Below are positions 17,911 to 27,968 of a stretch of DNA of 62,286 nt, piece by piece. The notes below the pieces were generated by a model. It did no database searches and was not told the DNA's origin. It saw only the letters and a program-made list of their open reading frames with translations. The number at the start of each line of letters is the position of its first letter. The stretch's first letter is position 1. Source of the stretch: Pseudomonadota bacterium (lineage in GTDB: Archaea; Thermoplasmatota; SW-10-69-26; JACQPN01; JAJPHT01); NCBI GenBank assembly GCA_021325135.1, contig JAJPHT010000012.1:1-62286 (forward strand), read 5' to 3'. The position numbers and the translations under genes were made by a program.

Positions 17911-18789
17911 TCAGTTGCGCAGCTCCACCGCGACGGACGCCGTGGAGCCGGTCCATCCGGAGGCGACGTTGTAGAGGACGATCTCCACGGAGGTCGCCGT
18001 GTTGTTGGCCGCCGTGTAGCAGAAGCTCTTGGTGGAGACGAAGGCCTGGCAGTCGGCTTTGGGCAACGGCTCGCCGCGCAGGCCCGCCGCGTTGAGCGTG
18101 CGGTTGAGCGCCGCGCGCCAGGCGCCCGCCTGCACGCCCGCCACCTGGAGGGTCACGTTGCCGGCGCTGAAGGAGCGGTTGGACACCGACGCGAGCGTGC
18201 CGGAGACGGCGGCGTTGCCGTTGCCCCCGGCCTGCTGGGGCGCGCCGGTGAGGTTCATCGTCTGGAGCGCGAGGCTCACGCGCCCGCTCGCCGCGCGCGA
18301 GACGGCGATCATGCTGCGCAGGTCGACCCACGCGCCGTCGGGCTGCGCCACCTGGATCGCCCCCAGCGCGTAGGAGTAGGTCTGGTTGGGGTAGCGCAGC
18401 GTGTGCGTGCTCAGCGCCACGCCGCCGCCGGCGAGGACCAGCGGGAGGCTCCCCTGCGAGACGTTGAGCGTGGGCGTCGTGGCGACCGAGACCTCGCCCG
18501 ACGAGGAGCCGGTCCCCAGGATGGGGAGCCCCGAGACGCCCAGGGGCGCGGGCACCGTCCACTTGGAACCGGTCTGCGCGCGGGCGACGTGGTCCTCCGC
18601 GTCGGTGGCCCACGTGGCGAGGGCGTCGGAGACGTCCATCGCGTGGTTGGACTCCTTGCTCTCGACCCACGCGGGGACCCACGTCGCGTTCATGTAGGCG
18701 AGGAACGCCACGATGGCGCCCAGCATGATGATGCCCGCGACGACGCCCGCGGCGGCGGAATCGTCGGGCCGGCGGCGGATCGCCCTCAT
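17911..18789 (-). CDS. Archaeal pilin-like protein
   Basis: RRRPDDSA/AAGVVAGIIML class III-like signal; WVPAW..E..H motif; ATGA coupling to the upstream gene. Confidence 0.8.
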   Translation of the reverse strand: MRAIRRRPDDSAAAGVVAGIIMLGAIVAFLAYMNATWVPAWVESKESNHAMDVSDALATWATDAEDHVARAQTGSKWTVPAPLGVSGLPILGTGSSSGEVSVATTPTLNVSQGSLPLVLAGGGVALSTHTLRYPNQTYSYALGAIQVAQPDGAWVDLRSMIAVSRAASGRVSLALQTMNLTGAPQQAGGNGNAAVSGTLASVSNRSFSAGNVTLQVAGVQAGAWRAALNRTLNAAGLRGEPLPKADCQAFVSTKSFCYTAANNTATSVEIVLYNVASGWTGSTASVAVELRN

Positions 18790-21700
18790 GGCGCAGCCCC
18801 GCTCCCTGCCGGCGTCACCCAGGCTTCGAGGGTGTAGGCGGCGAAGTTGGCCGTGTTGCTGGTGCTCGTGTTGTGGCACATGACCTGGATGGTCACGATG
18901 TGGTGGCCGTCCGCGAACTGGGTCATGAGCGCGTCGTTGATGGTCGTCACCGTGCTGGTGCCCGAGTTGTCGATGTCCGTGGAGGACCCGTCCTCGTAGA
19001 CGAAGTGCATGCGCACGTACCGCGACGTGGCGACGCGCGCCGGCTCGATGATCTTGTAGGGGATGAACTGGCCGTCCGTCACGGTGTAGGTGTCGATCAC
19101 CGTGTCGGCGCTCGCGTTGCACGTGACCGAGGGGGGGTCGACGACCTTCGCGACGTGGCCCGCGAAGGAGGAGATCTTGGCCGACGTCACGGAGCTGGAG
19201 GCGAGGTCGCTCGCGGTGATGGTGGCGTCGACGATGTCGGAGGACGTCACGCTGCTGGCGAGGTTGAGCTTGGAGTACGCGATGGCCGCGCCGCTGGCGA
19301 CCATGGCGTTGGTGAGGCCCGTCGAGGGGACGATGCCCGCCGTCGCGGCGGCCGCGGTGGGGAGGTTGCCCGCGGGCAGCGTGCCGGTGACGACGCCGCT
19401 GCCGCCCGCGAGGTTGAGCGCGCCGTAGGCGGGATCGGAGCTGCTGCCCGTCGAGAGGAGCGCCTGCCCCGAGGAGCCCGTCCCGGTGGCGGCGATGGCG
19501 CCCGTGCCTTCGCCCACGAGGACGCCATGCGTCGTGAACGTGGCCGCTCCGGTCCCGCCCTGGGGGACGGTGACGGCGCTGGCGGTGGAGAGGAGCGTGC
19601 CGCTGGTGGGCAGCGTGACGCTGGTCGAGCCGGTCGTCGTGAAGGTCAGCGCGTTCGCGCCGCTCGTCGTGAGCGGGCCCGCGAGGCTGAGGGCCTGGCC
19701 GTTGATCTGCACGGAGCCCGAGCCCTTGCTCGCGAGGTTGAGGCCCACGTTGAGGTCGCTTCCCGACGCCTGGATCTTGGGCGTGCCGGCGGCCGCGGCG
19801 TCGCTCACCGTGATCTGGTTCGCGGAGCCCACGGCGCTGAGGATGATGGCCTTGTTGCCGCTGGCGTCGGAGACGTCGCTGGCCTTGAGCGTCCCCGTGT
19901 TGAACGTCTTCGCGCCGCTGATGGTGTCCGTCGAGGCGCGGCCCAGGAGGGTGTCCGTCGAGGAGGGGAGCGAGAGCGTGGCGGCGCCCACGGTGAGGTC
20001 GCTCACCTTGAGCAGGCCCGCGCCGTAGGTCTGCTGCGCGGTCCACGTCTGCGCCTTGCCCAGCGCGGCCAGCGTGTCGGTCTGTCCGGGCAGCGTGTAC
20101 GTCGCGGTCGCGCCGTTGGCGAAGGTGATGGCGGAGCCCGTGGTCGTGAGCCCCGCGGCGAGGCTGATGGGCTGCCCGTTGATCTGCACGCTGCCCGAGC
20201 CCTTGGGCGCGAGGTTGAGGTTGATGGCGGCGTCCGCGCCGCTGGCGGAGAGGCTGGGCGCGTTGCCCGCGGCGGCGTCGGTGACCGTGACCTGGTTCAC
20301 GGCGGAGGCGGTGGCGGCGAGGATGAGCGCCTTGTTGCCGTTGGCGTCCGAGACGTCCGCGGCCTTGAGCGTCCCCGTGCTGAACGTCTTGGCGCCGGTG
20401 ATGGCGTCCACGCTGGCGCGCCCCAGCAGCGTGTCGTTCCCCGTGGGCAGCGCGAGCGTGCCGCTGGGCGTGGCCAGGTTCGTGGCGTTGAGGAGCCCGG
20501 CGCCGAACGTCTGCGCGGCGGTCCACGTCTGCGCCTGGGAGAGCATCGCGAAGACGCTGCTGCTCCCCGCGATGGTCACGGCGGCGGAGGCGGGCTGCGT
20601 CGCGTTGGCGTACGCGAGGACGAGGGAGTCGCCCCCGCGCGCGTCGTGGTACTTGAACGAGGCCGAGGCCGCGCCGTTGAGCGTGAGGCTCGTGATGGTG
20701 GAGCTGGACGAGGGGGAGACGAAGTAGCCCACGGTGCTGTTGGTCGCGAGGTTCACCGTGAGCGGCCAGGGCGGGATGACGTCGCGCTCGAAGGAGTCCT
20801 TGAGCGTCACGGTGAAGCCGCTCACGTCCACGCCGTTGGACATGGGCATGGCGGGCGTCGCGGTGAACGCCAGGTGGTAGGGGAAGGTGTGGCCGCTGGT
20901 CTGGTCGACCTGCACGACGGTGGCGACGGAGACGACGCCCTCGGCGTTGGCGGTGATGACCGAGTTCCCGTAGTCGCGGTAGTCGAGGTAGTAGAACGTC
21001 GTGCTGCTCTGGCTCGCGGGGATCGTCACGGTGGTCGTGGGCGTGGCGCCCGCCGCGTCGAGGAAGAACGAGCCCGAGCTGCTGTTGGTCGCGAGGCTCA
21101 CGACGAGGGGCGAGCTGGCGTTGACCGCGGTGCCGTTCACGTCCTTGAGCGTCAGGGTGAACGCGGGCGAGACGACCCCGGAGGTCAGCGACGCGCCCGA
21201 AGGGAGCGAGAGGTGGTTGATGGAGGGGCCGCTGGAGGAGGACGCGATCTGCGTCGTTGTGAACTGGAACTGTGCGGAGGTCGCGGCGTTGCCCGAGGGG
21301 TCGGCGCTCACGACCTGGTAGAAGTACTGCATGTTGTCCGAGAGGCCCGTGAGCGTCGCGGTGTGCGAGGTGCCCGTGCCGGTGGCGGCGACCGCGGTGA
21401 AGCCGAGGCTCTGCGTGGGGCCCGCGTAGACGAGGTTCGTCGTCGCGGCCTCGTCGGTGGTCCACGCGATGGTGGCGCCCGCGGTGCTGACGCCGCTGGC
21501 GAGGACGCCCGTGATGCCGGGCGCCACGCCGTCGGTCGCCCGCGTCGAGGCGCTGGCCGCGAAGGCGTTCCCCGCGAGGTCGGAGGCGTAGCGCGGCGTC
21601 GCGGTGGAGTTGATCCACGGCAGCGCGTCGGTGGGCATCGCGGGGCTCACGGCGATCTCGGCCGCGGAGCCGTTGGAGAGGAGATGGATGCCCGAGACGG

Positions 21701-22346
21701 AGTAGCTGGTCCCGAGCACCTGCACCGTGAAGTCCACGGGGCTCAACGAGTCGGGCGTCGTGGGGTCCGTCATGTTGCGGACGGGCTCGGTGAAGTTCAC
21801 CTGGATCGTCGTCGTGCTCGTCGTGCGCGCGGAGAGGAACGTGGGCGGCGTCGAGTCGGCGGCCTGCACGGTCGTGGGCTCCAGCGCGAGGGCGGCCCCC
21901 GCGACGCCGGTCGTCGCGCCGTTGACGACGGTGACGGAGGTGGCGGCGCCCCAGAGCGCGGGCGCGGTGTAGATGGCCTGGTCGCCCGCGACGAAGCTGT
22001 CGGCCGCGGTCTTGGACGCGCCGCTGGCGGAGACGACGCTCCACGAGCCCGCCGTGACGCCGCTGGCGACGTTGAACTGCGTCGCGGTGCCGTTCACGGT
22101 GACGGTGGCCGTGAGCGCGCTCAAGGGGATGGGCGGCCCGCCGCGGTGCTCGATCACCAGCTGGTCCGTCGCGGGGGGCGTGAACGCCTGGAGCGTCGCG
22201 TGGGAGCTGGGCTGCGGCGGGGGCAGCGTGAAGATGGTGAGCGCGAAGACGCCGGCCAGCGCGACCGCGATGGCCAGGAGAAGGATCGTGCCCACGGTCT
22301 CGGACGCGGCGTGCTGCGACCTCGCGGAGCCACGGAGCGGGGGCAT
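18786..22346 (-). CDS. Giant type IV pilin/adhesin (pilin N-terminus, FN3/Ig-like domains, tail-fibre-like repeats)
   Basis: AASETVGTILLLAIAV prepilin motif; IEHRGGPPI; WTTDEA..HTATLTGL..YFYQV FN3-like segment; duplicated AQTWTA..GAKTF..KGSGSV repeats. Confidence 0.85.
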   Translation of the reverse strand: MPPLRGSARSQHAASETVGTILLLAIAVALAGVFALTIFTLPPPQPSSHATLQAFTPPATDQLVIEHRGGPPIPLSALTATVTVNGTATQFNVASGVTAGSWSVVSASGASKTAADSFVAGDQAIYTAPALWGAATSVTVVNGATTGVAGAALALEPTTVQAADSTPPTFLSARTTSTTTIQVNFTEPVRNMTDPTTPDSLSPVDFTVQVLGTSYSVSGIHLLSNGSAAEIAVSPAMPTDALPWINSTATPRYASDLAGNAFAASASTRATDGVAPGITGVLASGVSTAGATIAWTTDEAATTNLVYAGPTQSLGFTAVAATGTGTSHTATLTGLSDNMQYFYQVVSADPSGNAATSAQFQFTTTQIASSSSGPSINHLSLPSGASLTSGVVSPAFTLTLKDVNGTAVNASSPLVVSLATNSSSGSFFLDAAGATPTTTVTIPASQSSTTFYYLDYRDYGNSVITANAEGVVSVATVVQVDQTSGHTFPYHLAFTATPAMPMSNGVDVSGFTVTLKDSFERDVIPPWPLTVNLATNSTVGYFVSPSSSSTITSLTLNGAASASFKYHDARGGDSLVLAYANATQPASAAVTIAGSSSVFAMLSQAQTWTAAQTFGAGLLNATNLATPSGTLALPTGNDTLLGRASVDAITGAKTFSTGTLKAADVSDANGNKALILAATASAVNQVTVTDAAAGNAPSLSASGADAAINLNLAPKGSGSVQINGQPISLAAGLTTTGSAITFANGATATYTLPGQTDTLAALGKAQTWTAQQTYGAGLLKVSDLTVGAATLSLPSSTDTLLGRASTDTISGAKTFNTGTLKASDVSDASGNKAIILSAVGSANQITVSDAAAAGTPKIQASGSDLNVGLNLASKGSGSVQINGQALSLAGPLTTSGANALTFTTTGSTSVTLPTSGTLLSTASAVTVPQGGTGAATFTTHGVLVGEGTGAIAATGTGSSGQALLSTGSSSDPAYGALNLAGGSGVVTGTLPAGNLPTAAAATAGIVPSTGLTNAMVASGAAIAYSKLNLASSVTSSDIVDATITASDLASSSVTSAKISSFAGHVAKVVDPPSVTCNASADTVIDTYTVTDGQFIPYKIIEPARVATSRYVRMHFVYEDGSSTDIDNSGTSTVTTINDALMTQFADGHHIVTIQVMCHNTSTSNTANFAAYTLEAWVTPAGSGAAP

Positions 22347-22496
22347 CTCGACGCGAGCAGTCTGCCGCAACCATATATATGAACGGAAATGCGACGGACG
22401 GACGCCCGTTCTGCCTGCTTCGCCGGGCAAGCGGTTGTCTGTCAGGGGAGACAAACGGAGGGTTATGCCCCGCGCTCGTCCCGGAGAGGACGGTCC

Positions 22497-25178
22497 ATGC
22501 GGCCCTTTGCTATCTCGCGCGTCCTTCCCCTGGGGGCGATGGTGGTGGCGCTCCTCGCGCCCCCGGCCGCCTCCGCGGAGGGGTCGGGCGCGCCGATCGC
22601 GACGGACTCGCCCAGCATCGCCATGGAGGTGGGCACGGCCATCCAGGTGGGCTACGAGGTCCAGTCCACGGCCGCCGGATGCGTCGCCTCGCCCGCCGCG
22701 CCCACGCTCCTCGCCTTCAGCGCGCCCCCCGGCGTCGGCGTGGGCCCCACGCCCCTCGTCCTCGCGTCGTGCGACGCGTGGGTCTTCGCCACCGTGAGCG
22801 CCAGCGCGCCCGTCACGGGCACCATCGTCGTCACGGCCTCCGACGCGCTGGGCCACGCGTACAACGCCTTCGCGGCCGTCTCCTCCATCTTCGTCCACGC
22901 GCACGGCGACACGACGCCGCCCGTCGTGAGCGTCCCGCCGCAGTACGTCGCGGAGGCCACGAGCCCCTCGGGCGCGCGCGTCGCCATCGTCGCGACGGCC
23001 AGCGACCCCGACGACACCGTCGTGTCCACGAGCTGCGCGCCGCGCCTGCCCGTCTACCCCATCGGCGTGACACCCCTTGCGTGCAGCGCGAAGGACTCCA
23101 ACGGCAACGTCGGCGTCGCGTCCACGCAGGTCGTCGTCGTCGACACCACGCCCCCCTCCTTCGCCGCGCCCGGGGATGTCACGCTGGTCCCCGACGGCGC
23201 GCCCCTCGTGGGCTTCGCCGTGGCCGACGCGACGGACGTCGTGGACGTGACCGACCCGGTGCTTTGCTCGCCGGCCTCGGGCAGCGCGTTCCCCGCCGGG
23301 ACCACCACCGTCTCCTGCACGTCCACCGACGCGCACGGCAACGCCGCGACGAGGACGTTCCGCGTGACCATCGTCGACAAGGTGCCACCCAGCGCGACCT
23401 CCACGCCCTTGAGGGTCGAGGCGACGGGGCCCGCGGGAGCGCAGGTCCTGGCATATGACGGCCTCCTGGCGTTCGACTTCATCGACCCCGCGCCCACGGT
23501 CACATGCCTCCCGGCGGCGGGCGCCACGTTCCCGCTGGGCAGCACCACGGTCGCGTGCGTCGCGGCCGACCGCTCGGGGAACTCCGCCGCCGTCTCGTTC
23601 CCGGTGAGCGTGGTCGACACGACGCCGCCGACGCTCGCGCTCCCCGCCCCCGCGGCCGAGGCCACGGGCCCCTCAGGCGCCGCCGTCGCGTTCTCCGCGG
23701 GCGCGTCCGATCTCGTGGACGGGACCGACCCCGTCCTCTGCTCCCCCGCCAGCGGAAGCGTCTTCCCCGTGGGCCAGACCCTCGTCTCGTGCGCGTCCAC
23801 CGACGCCCACGGGAACGTGGCGAGGGGCGCGTTCCTCGTCACGGTGCGCGACTCCGCGTCTCCCGTCCTCTCGCTCCCGCCCGACGCCACCCGCGAGGCG
23901 ACCGGGCCCGCGGGCGCAGCGGTCGCGTACGACGCCAGCGCCTCCGACGCGGTCGACGGCGCGCTGCCCGTGCTCTGCTCCAGCCCTTCGGGCGCGACGT
24001 TCCCGCTGGGCAGCACCACCGTCGCGTGCAGCGCCGTGGACTCCCACGGCAACGTCGTCTCGGGGAGCTTCCGCGTGGCCGTCGTCGACACCACGCCGCC
24101 CGCGCTGACGCTGCCCGCCAACGCGAGCCTCGCCGCCGCGGGCCCGCGCCCCGTGGGCTACGCCGCCTCTGCGCTGGACCTGGTGGACGGCGCCGTGACG
24201 CCCGTCTGCTCGCCCGCGCCGGGCTCCACGTTCCCCATCGGCCGCACCCTCGTCGCGTGCACGGCGACCGACGCCCACGGCAACGCGGCATCGGGCAGCT
24301 TCGCCGTGGAGATGTCACAAGCGCTTCCGCCCCGGCTCGCGCTGCCGCCGGACCTCACGCTTGAGGCCGCGGGGCCGGCGGGCGCCCCCGCGACGTACCC
24401 GGCCAGCGCCACGGACCCGCAGGACGGCCCCCTTGCGCCCTCCTGCGCGCCCGCCTCGGGCGCGACGTTCCCGCTGGGCGCCACCACGGTCGTCTGCTCC
24501 GCGATGGACAGCTACGGCCTCTCCGCCAACGGATCGTTCACCGTCACGGTGCGCGACACGACGCCGCCGACGCTCGCGCTCCCCGCGCCCATGGCGGTCT
24601 CCACCGGCGGAGCCTCCGCGAACGTCACGTTCAGCGCCGGCGCCAGCGACCTCGTCGACGGCGCGGACCCCGTCTCGTGCGCGCCCGCCAGCGGGTCCAG
24701 CTTCCTGCTGGGCGCCACCACCGTCTCCTGCTCGTCCCACGACGCGCACGGCAACGCGGCGAGCGCCGCCTTCACCGTGACCGTGACGAGGCTGGCGCCC
24801 GAGTGCGACGCGACCCTCTTCCGGCCCCCCATCGACACGCCGGGCCACGACAAGGACGGGATCAACTCGTTCAAGGCCGGCAGCACCGTCCCCGTGAAGC
24901 TCCAGGTGGACTGCCACGGGCGGGCCCCGCCCCGCGCGCCGACGCTCTTCTACGGCGGGCTCCTGCCCGACGGCAGCGTCGCGTGGGAGAAGGCCGCGCG
25001 GTCCACGAGCGGCGCGGTGGGGGACAACGCCTTCCGGCCCGCCGGCATCCAGTGGCTCTTCAACTGGGACACGTCGGGGCTCGCGGCCGACGCGTACCGG
25101 CTCCGGGTGGACGTGGGCGACGGCGCGCTCCACGCGCTGCCCCTCCAGCTCACCGGCGCCAAGGCCCGAAGCTCTTGA
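22497..25178 (+). CDS. Secreted HYR-repeat surface protein with PxKF-like C-terminal domain
   Basis: About 8 repeats of DTTPP..CSPASG..FP.G.T.V.C...D; C-terminal NSFKAGSTVPVK. Confidence 0.9.
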   Translation: MRPFAISRVLPLGAMVVALLAPPAASAEGSGAPIATDSPSIAMEVGTAIQVGYEVQSTAAGCVASPAAPTLLAFSAPPGVGVGPTPLVLASCDAWVFATVSASAPVTGTIVVTASDALGHAYNAFAAVSSIFVHAHGDTTPPVVSVPPQYVAEATSPSGARVAIVATASDPDDTVVSTSCAPRLPVYPIGVTPLACSAKDSNGNVGVASTQVVVVDTTPPSFAAPGDVTLVPDGAPLVGFAVADATDVVDVTDPVLCSPASGSAFPAGTTTVSCTSTDAHGNAATRTFRVTIVDKVPPSATSTPLRVEATGPAGAQVLAYDGLLAFDFIDPAPTVTCLPAAGATFPLGSTTVACVAADRSGNSAAVSFPVSVVDTTPPTLALPAPAAEATGPSGAAVAFSAGASDLVDGTDPVLCSPASGSVFPVGQTLVSCASTDAHGNVARGAFLVTVRDSASPVLSLPPDATREATGPAGAAVAYDASASDAVDGALPVLCSSPSGATFPLGSTTVACSAVDSHGNVVSGSFRVAVVDTTPPALTLPANASLAAAGPRPVGYAASALDLVDGAVTPVCSPAPGSTFPIGRTLVACTATDAHGNAASGSFAVEMSQALPPRLALPPDLTLEAAGPAGAPATYPASATDPQDGPLAPSCAPASGATFPLGATTVVCSAMDSYGLSANGSFTVTVRDTTPPTLALPAPMAVSTGGASANVTFSAGASDLVDGADPVSCAPASGSSFLLGATTVSCSSHDAHGNAASAAFTVTVTRLAPECDATLFRPPIDTPGHDKDGINSFKAGSTVPVKLQVDCHGRAPPRAPTLFYGGLLPDGSVAWEKAARSTSGAVGDNAFRPAGIQWLFNWDTSGLAADAYRLRVDVGDGALHALPLQLTGAKARSS

Positions 25179-25278
25179 ACTCGTGCCTCCCGGGTGGGTG
25201 GGCTCCTTCGCCAGGGTTATATAATCCTAACCCGAGGAAAGAGCGAGATTCCGCCGGCGCCCCCTGCGCCGGTCCGAG

Positions 25279-27072
25279 GTGACCGTGAGCGCGTCGAAGA
25301 TCCCGGGCGGCTTCCGCAAGTCCGCCGCCAACGCCGTTCCCGCCCCCGCGGAGCCGCGGCTCCCCGCCGAGGAGGACGCCGCCATGGAGCGCGAGCTTTT
25401 CGGCGACGCCGCGTCCGTGGGCGTGCCGGTGGACGCGCTGGAGGAGATCCCCGAGCCCGGCAACGGCCAGGCCGCCCCGGGCGGCATCAAGGGGCTCTTC
25501 TCGCGCTTCCGCGGCGAGGACGCCTCCCAGCCGGCGGCGTTCACCGACGAGGACGTGACGCGCATCCCCGCGCCCGGCCCGCACGAGCGCGTCGTCGAGC
25601 TTCGCCCCATCCGCCCGCCCTACTCCTACGTGCGCATCCTCTACGACGAGCAGACCAACAGCCACCGCTATGAGGTCCACGAGCCGCAGATGACGGCCGA
25701 GGAGCAGGAGGCCTACGAGTTCGTCCGCGACGCGTTCCTGCGCACGTTGGACGTGGACATCGACGCGCTGGACCGCCGCGGAGCGCGCGCCTACCTCTCC
25801 GACCGCTTCGAGGCGCTCGCGCGCCGCCACAAGGTCAAGCTCTCCGCGCTCTCCCGCGCCCGCATCGCGTACTACCTGGAGCGCGACTTCCTGGGCTTCG
25901 GCCGCCTGGACGTCGCGATGCAGGACCCCAACATCGAGGACATCTCCTGCGATGGCGCGAACCTGCCCGTCTTCATCTTCCACCGCCGCTTCGAGAGCAT
26001 CCGCACCAACATGCAGTTCCCCAACGACGACGCCCTCGACGCGTTCGTCATGCAGCTCGTCCAGCGCAGCGGCAAGCACATCAGCGTGGCCGAGCCCCTG
26101 GTGGACGCGACGCTCCCCGACGGGAGCCGCCTCCAGGCGTCCCTCTCCCGCGAGGTGACGACGCGCGGCAGCACGTTCACCATCCGGCGCTTCCGCAGCG
26201 ACCCGCTCACCCCCACGGACCTCCTCATCTTCGAGACCATGAGCCCCGAGATGATGGCGTACTTCTGGCTCGCCGTGGAGCACGGCAGCAGCGCCATCGT
26301 CTGCGGCGGCACGGCGTCGGGCAAGACCACGACGCTGAACGCGCTCTCGCTCTTCATCCCCGCGCAGAAGAAGATCGTCAGCATCGAGGACACGCGCGAG
26401 CTGAACCTCGTCCACGAGAACTGGATCCCCGGCGTCACGCGCGCGGGCGGCGGCTCGGAGGGCGGCGGCAAGCGCGCCGGCGAGGTCGACATGTTCGACC
26501 TGCTCAAGGCCTCGCTGCGCCAGCGCCCCGAGTACATCCTGCTTGGCGAGGTGCGCGGCCCCGAGGCCTACGTGCTCTTCCAGGCCATGGCCACGGGCCA
26601 CACCGTGTTCTCCACCATGCACGCCGACAGCGTGCAGAGCGCGGTCCACCGCCTGGAGTCCAAGCCCATCGAGATCCCGCGCAACATGCTCGCCTCCCTG
26701 GACATCATCGGCATCCAGGCCGACATGCGCCTGCCCGCGGGCCGCGTGCGCAAGATGCGCGAGGTCGTCGAGCTCACCGGCAGCGACCCGCGCACGGGCG
26801 AGCTGCTCACCAACCGCGCGTTCTACTGGGACGGCAACGAGGGGCGCTTCCGCTACTCGGGCGCGTCCTTCGTGCTCGGCGAGGTCGCCGAGGAGCGGCA
26901 CCTCTCCGAGAAGGACCTGCGCGCAGAGTTCGAGCGCCGCGTCCGCATCCTGCTGCTCATGAAGGAGAAGAGGCTGCGCGACATCTCCACGGTCTCGCGC
27001 ATCATCGCCGGCTACGCCATCGACCCGGCGCGCATGCTGCGCGAGCTGGAGGAAGCGCCCGTTGCCCCGTGA
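25279..27072 (+). CDS. Type IV pilus assembly ATPase (FlaI/TadA-like)
   Basis: IEDISCDG; Walker A GGTASGKTT; LRQRPEYILLGEVRG; TGH..STMHA. Confidence 0.95.
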   Translation: MTVSASKIPGGFRKSAANAVPAPAEPRLPAEEDAAMERELFGDAASVGVPVDALEEIPEPGNGQAAPGGIKGLFSRFRGEDASQPAAFTDEDVTRIPAPGPHERVVELRPIRPPYSYVRILYDEQTNSHRYEVHEPQMTAEEQEAYEFVRDAFLRTLDVDIDALDRRGARAYLSDRFEALARRHKVKLSALSRARIAYYLERDFLGFGRLDVAMQDPNIEDISCDGANLPVFIFHRRFESIRTNMQFPNDDALDAFVMQLVQRSGKHISVAEPLVDATLPDGSRLQASLSREVTTRGSTFTIRRFRSDPLTPTDLLIFETMSPEMMAYFWLAVEHGSSAIVCGGTASGKTTTLNALSLFIPAQKKIVSIEDTRELNLVHENWIPGVTRAGGGSEGGGKRAGEVDMFDLLKASLRQRPEYILLGEVRGPEAYVLFQAMATGHTVFSTMHADSVQSAVHRLESKPIEIPRNMLASLDIIGIQADMRLPAGRVRKMREVVELTGSDPRTGELLTNRAFYWDGNEGRFRYSGASFVLGEVAEERHLSEKDLRAEFERRVRILLLMKEKRLRDISTVSRIIAGYAIDPARMLRELEEAPVAP

Positions 27073-27964
27073 GCGCGAATCCTTCGGCGAGGCGTTCGTC
27101 CGCGTGGCCGTCTCCACCTTCGGCGCCCCCGCGCGCCGCGCCGCCGCGAGGCAGGACAAGCTCCGCTTCGCGCTGGAGCAGGCGCAGATCTCCATGCTGC
27201 CCGAGGCCTACGTCGCGCTGACGTGGCTCGCGACGGTGGTCGTCCTGGGCCTGGGCTGCGTCCTCGTCCTGGCCATCTTCGCCCTGGGCGCCGCCTCGGG
27301 GAGCCCGCCCACCGCGGCCGTCTCCGCCGTCATGGCGGTGGCGCCCGTCATGTTCGCGGGCATCACCTACGTCGCGCTCCAGGTCTACCCCGACTACCAC
27401 GCGGGGGAGCGGCGCCGCCAGATCGACCGCGACCTCCCCTACGCCGTGAACTTCATCGCCGCCATGAGCAGCGCGGGCGTCGTGCCCACCGTGCTCCTGC
27501 GCGACCTCGCCCGCGAGACGACCTACGGCGAGGTGAGCAAGGAGATCCAGTGGATGATCCGCGACGTGGACCTCCTGGGCATCGACCTCGTCAGCGCCAT
27601 CACGCGCGCCATCGCGCGCTCGCCCAGCCTCCGCTTCCAGGAGTTCATGCAGGGCGCCAAGACCACGATCCTCTCGGGCGGCGACCTCAAGGTCTACTTC
27701 TCCAGCAAGGCCGAGCAGTACATGGCCGAGAACCGCCGCGTGCAGCGCGAGTTCCTCGAAGGCCTCGGGGTCCTCGCGGAGTCCTACGTGACCGTCGTCA
27801 TCGCGGGCCCCCTCTTCATGCTCGTCATGCTCTCCATCATGCTCGTCGTGGGGCGCTCCACGGGCTCCTCGCAGACGTTCCTCTTCCTGCTGATCTTCCT
27901 GCTGCTCCCCATGACGCACGGCGTCTTCTCGTGGGTGCTGAAGAACATGGCCCCGGAGTCGTGA
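27062..27964 (+). CDS. TadC/FlaJ-like membrane platform protein
   Basis: IDRDLPYA..SSAG; LAESY; follows the ATPase. Confidence 0.9.
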   Translation: MPRERESFGEAFVRVAVSTFGAPARRAAARQDKLRFALEQAQISMLPEAYVALTWLATVVVLGLGCVLVLAIFALGAASGSPPTAAVSAVMAVAPVMFAGITYVALQVYPDYHAGERRRQIDRDLPYAVNFIAAMSSAGVVPTVLLRDLARETTYGEVSKEIQWMIRDVDLLGIDLVSAITRAIARSPSLRFQEFMQGAKTTILSGGDLKVYFSSKAEQYMAENRRVQREFLEGLGVLAESYVTVVIAGPLFMLVMLSIMLVVGRSTGSSQTFLFLLIFLLLPMTHGVFSWVLKNMAPES

Positions 27965-27968
27965 GCGC

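Noticed and set aside
17911-23336. 1487-aa and 1516-aa ORFs as listed
   Set aside because: Their upstream portions are shadow frames; the real starts are at 18789 and 22346 (pilin signal peptides)
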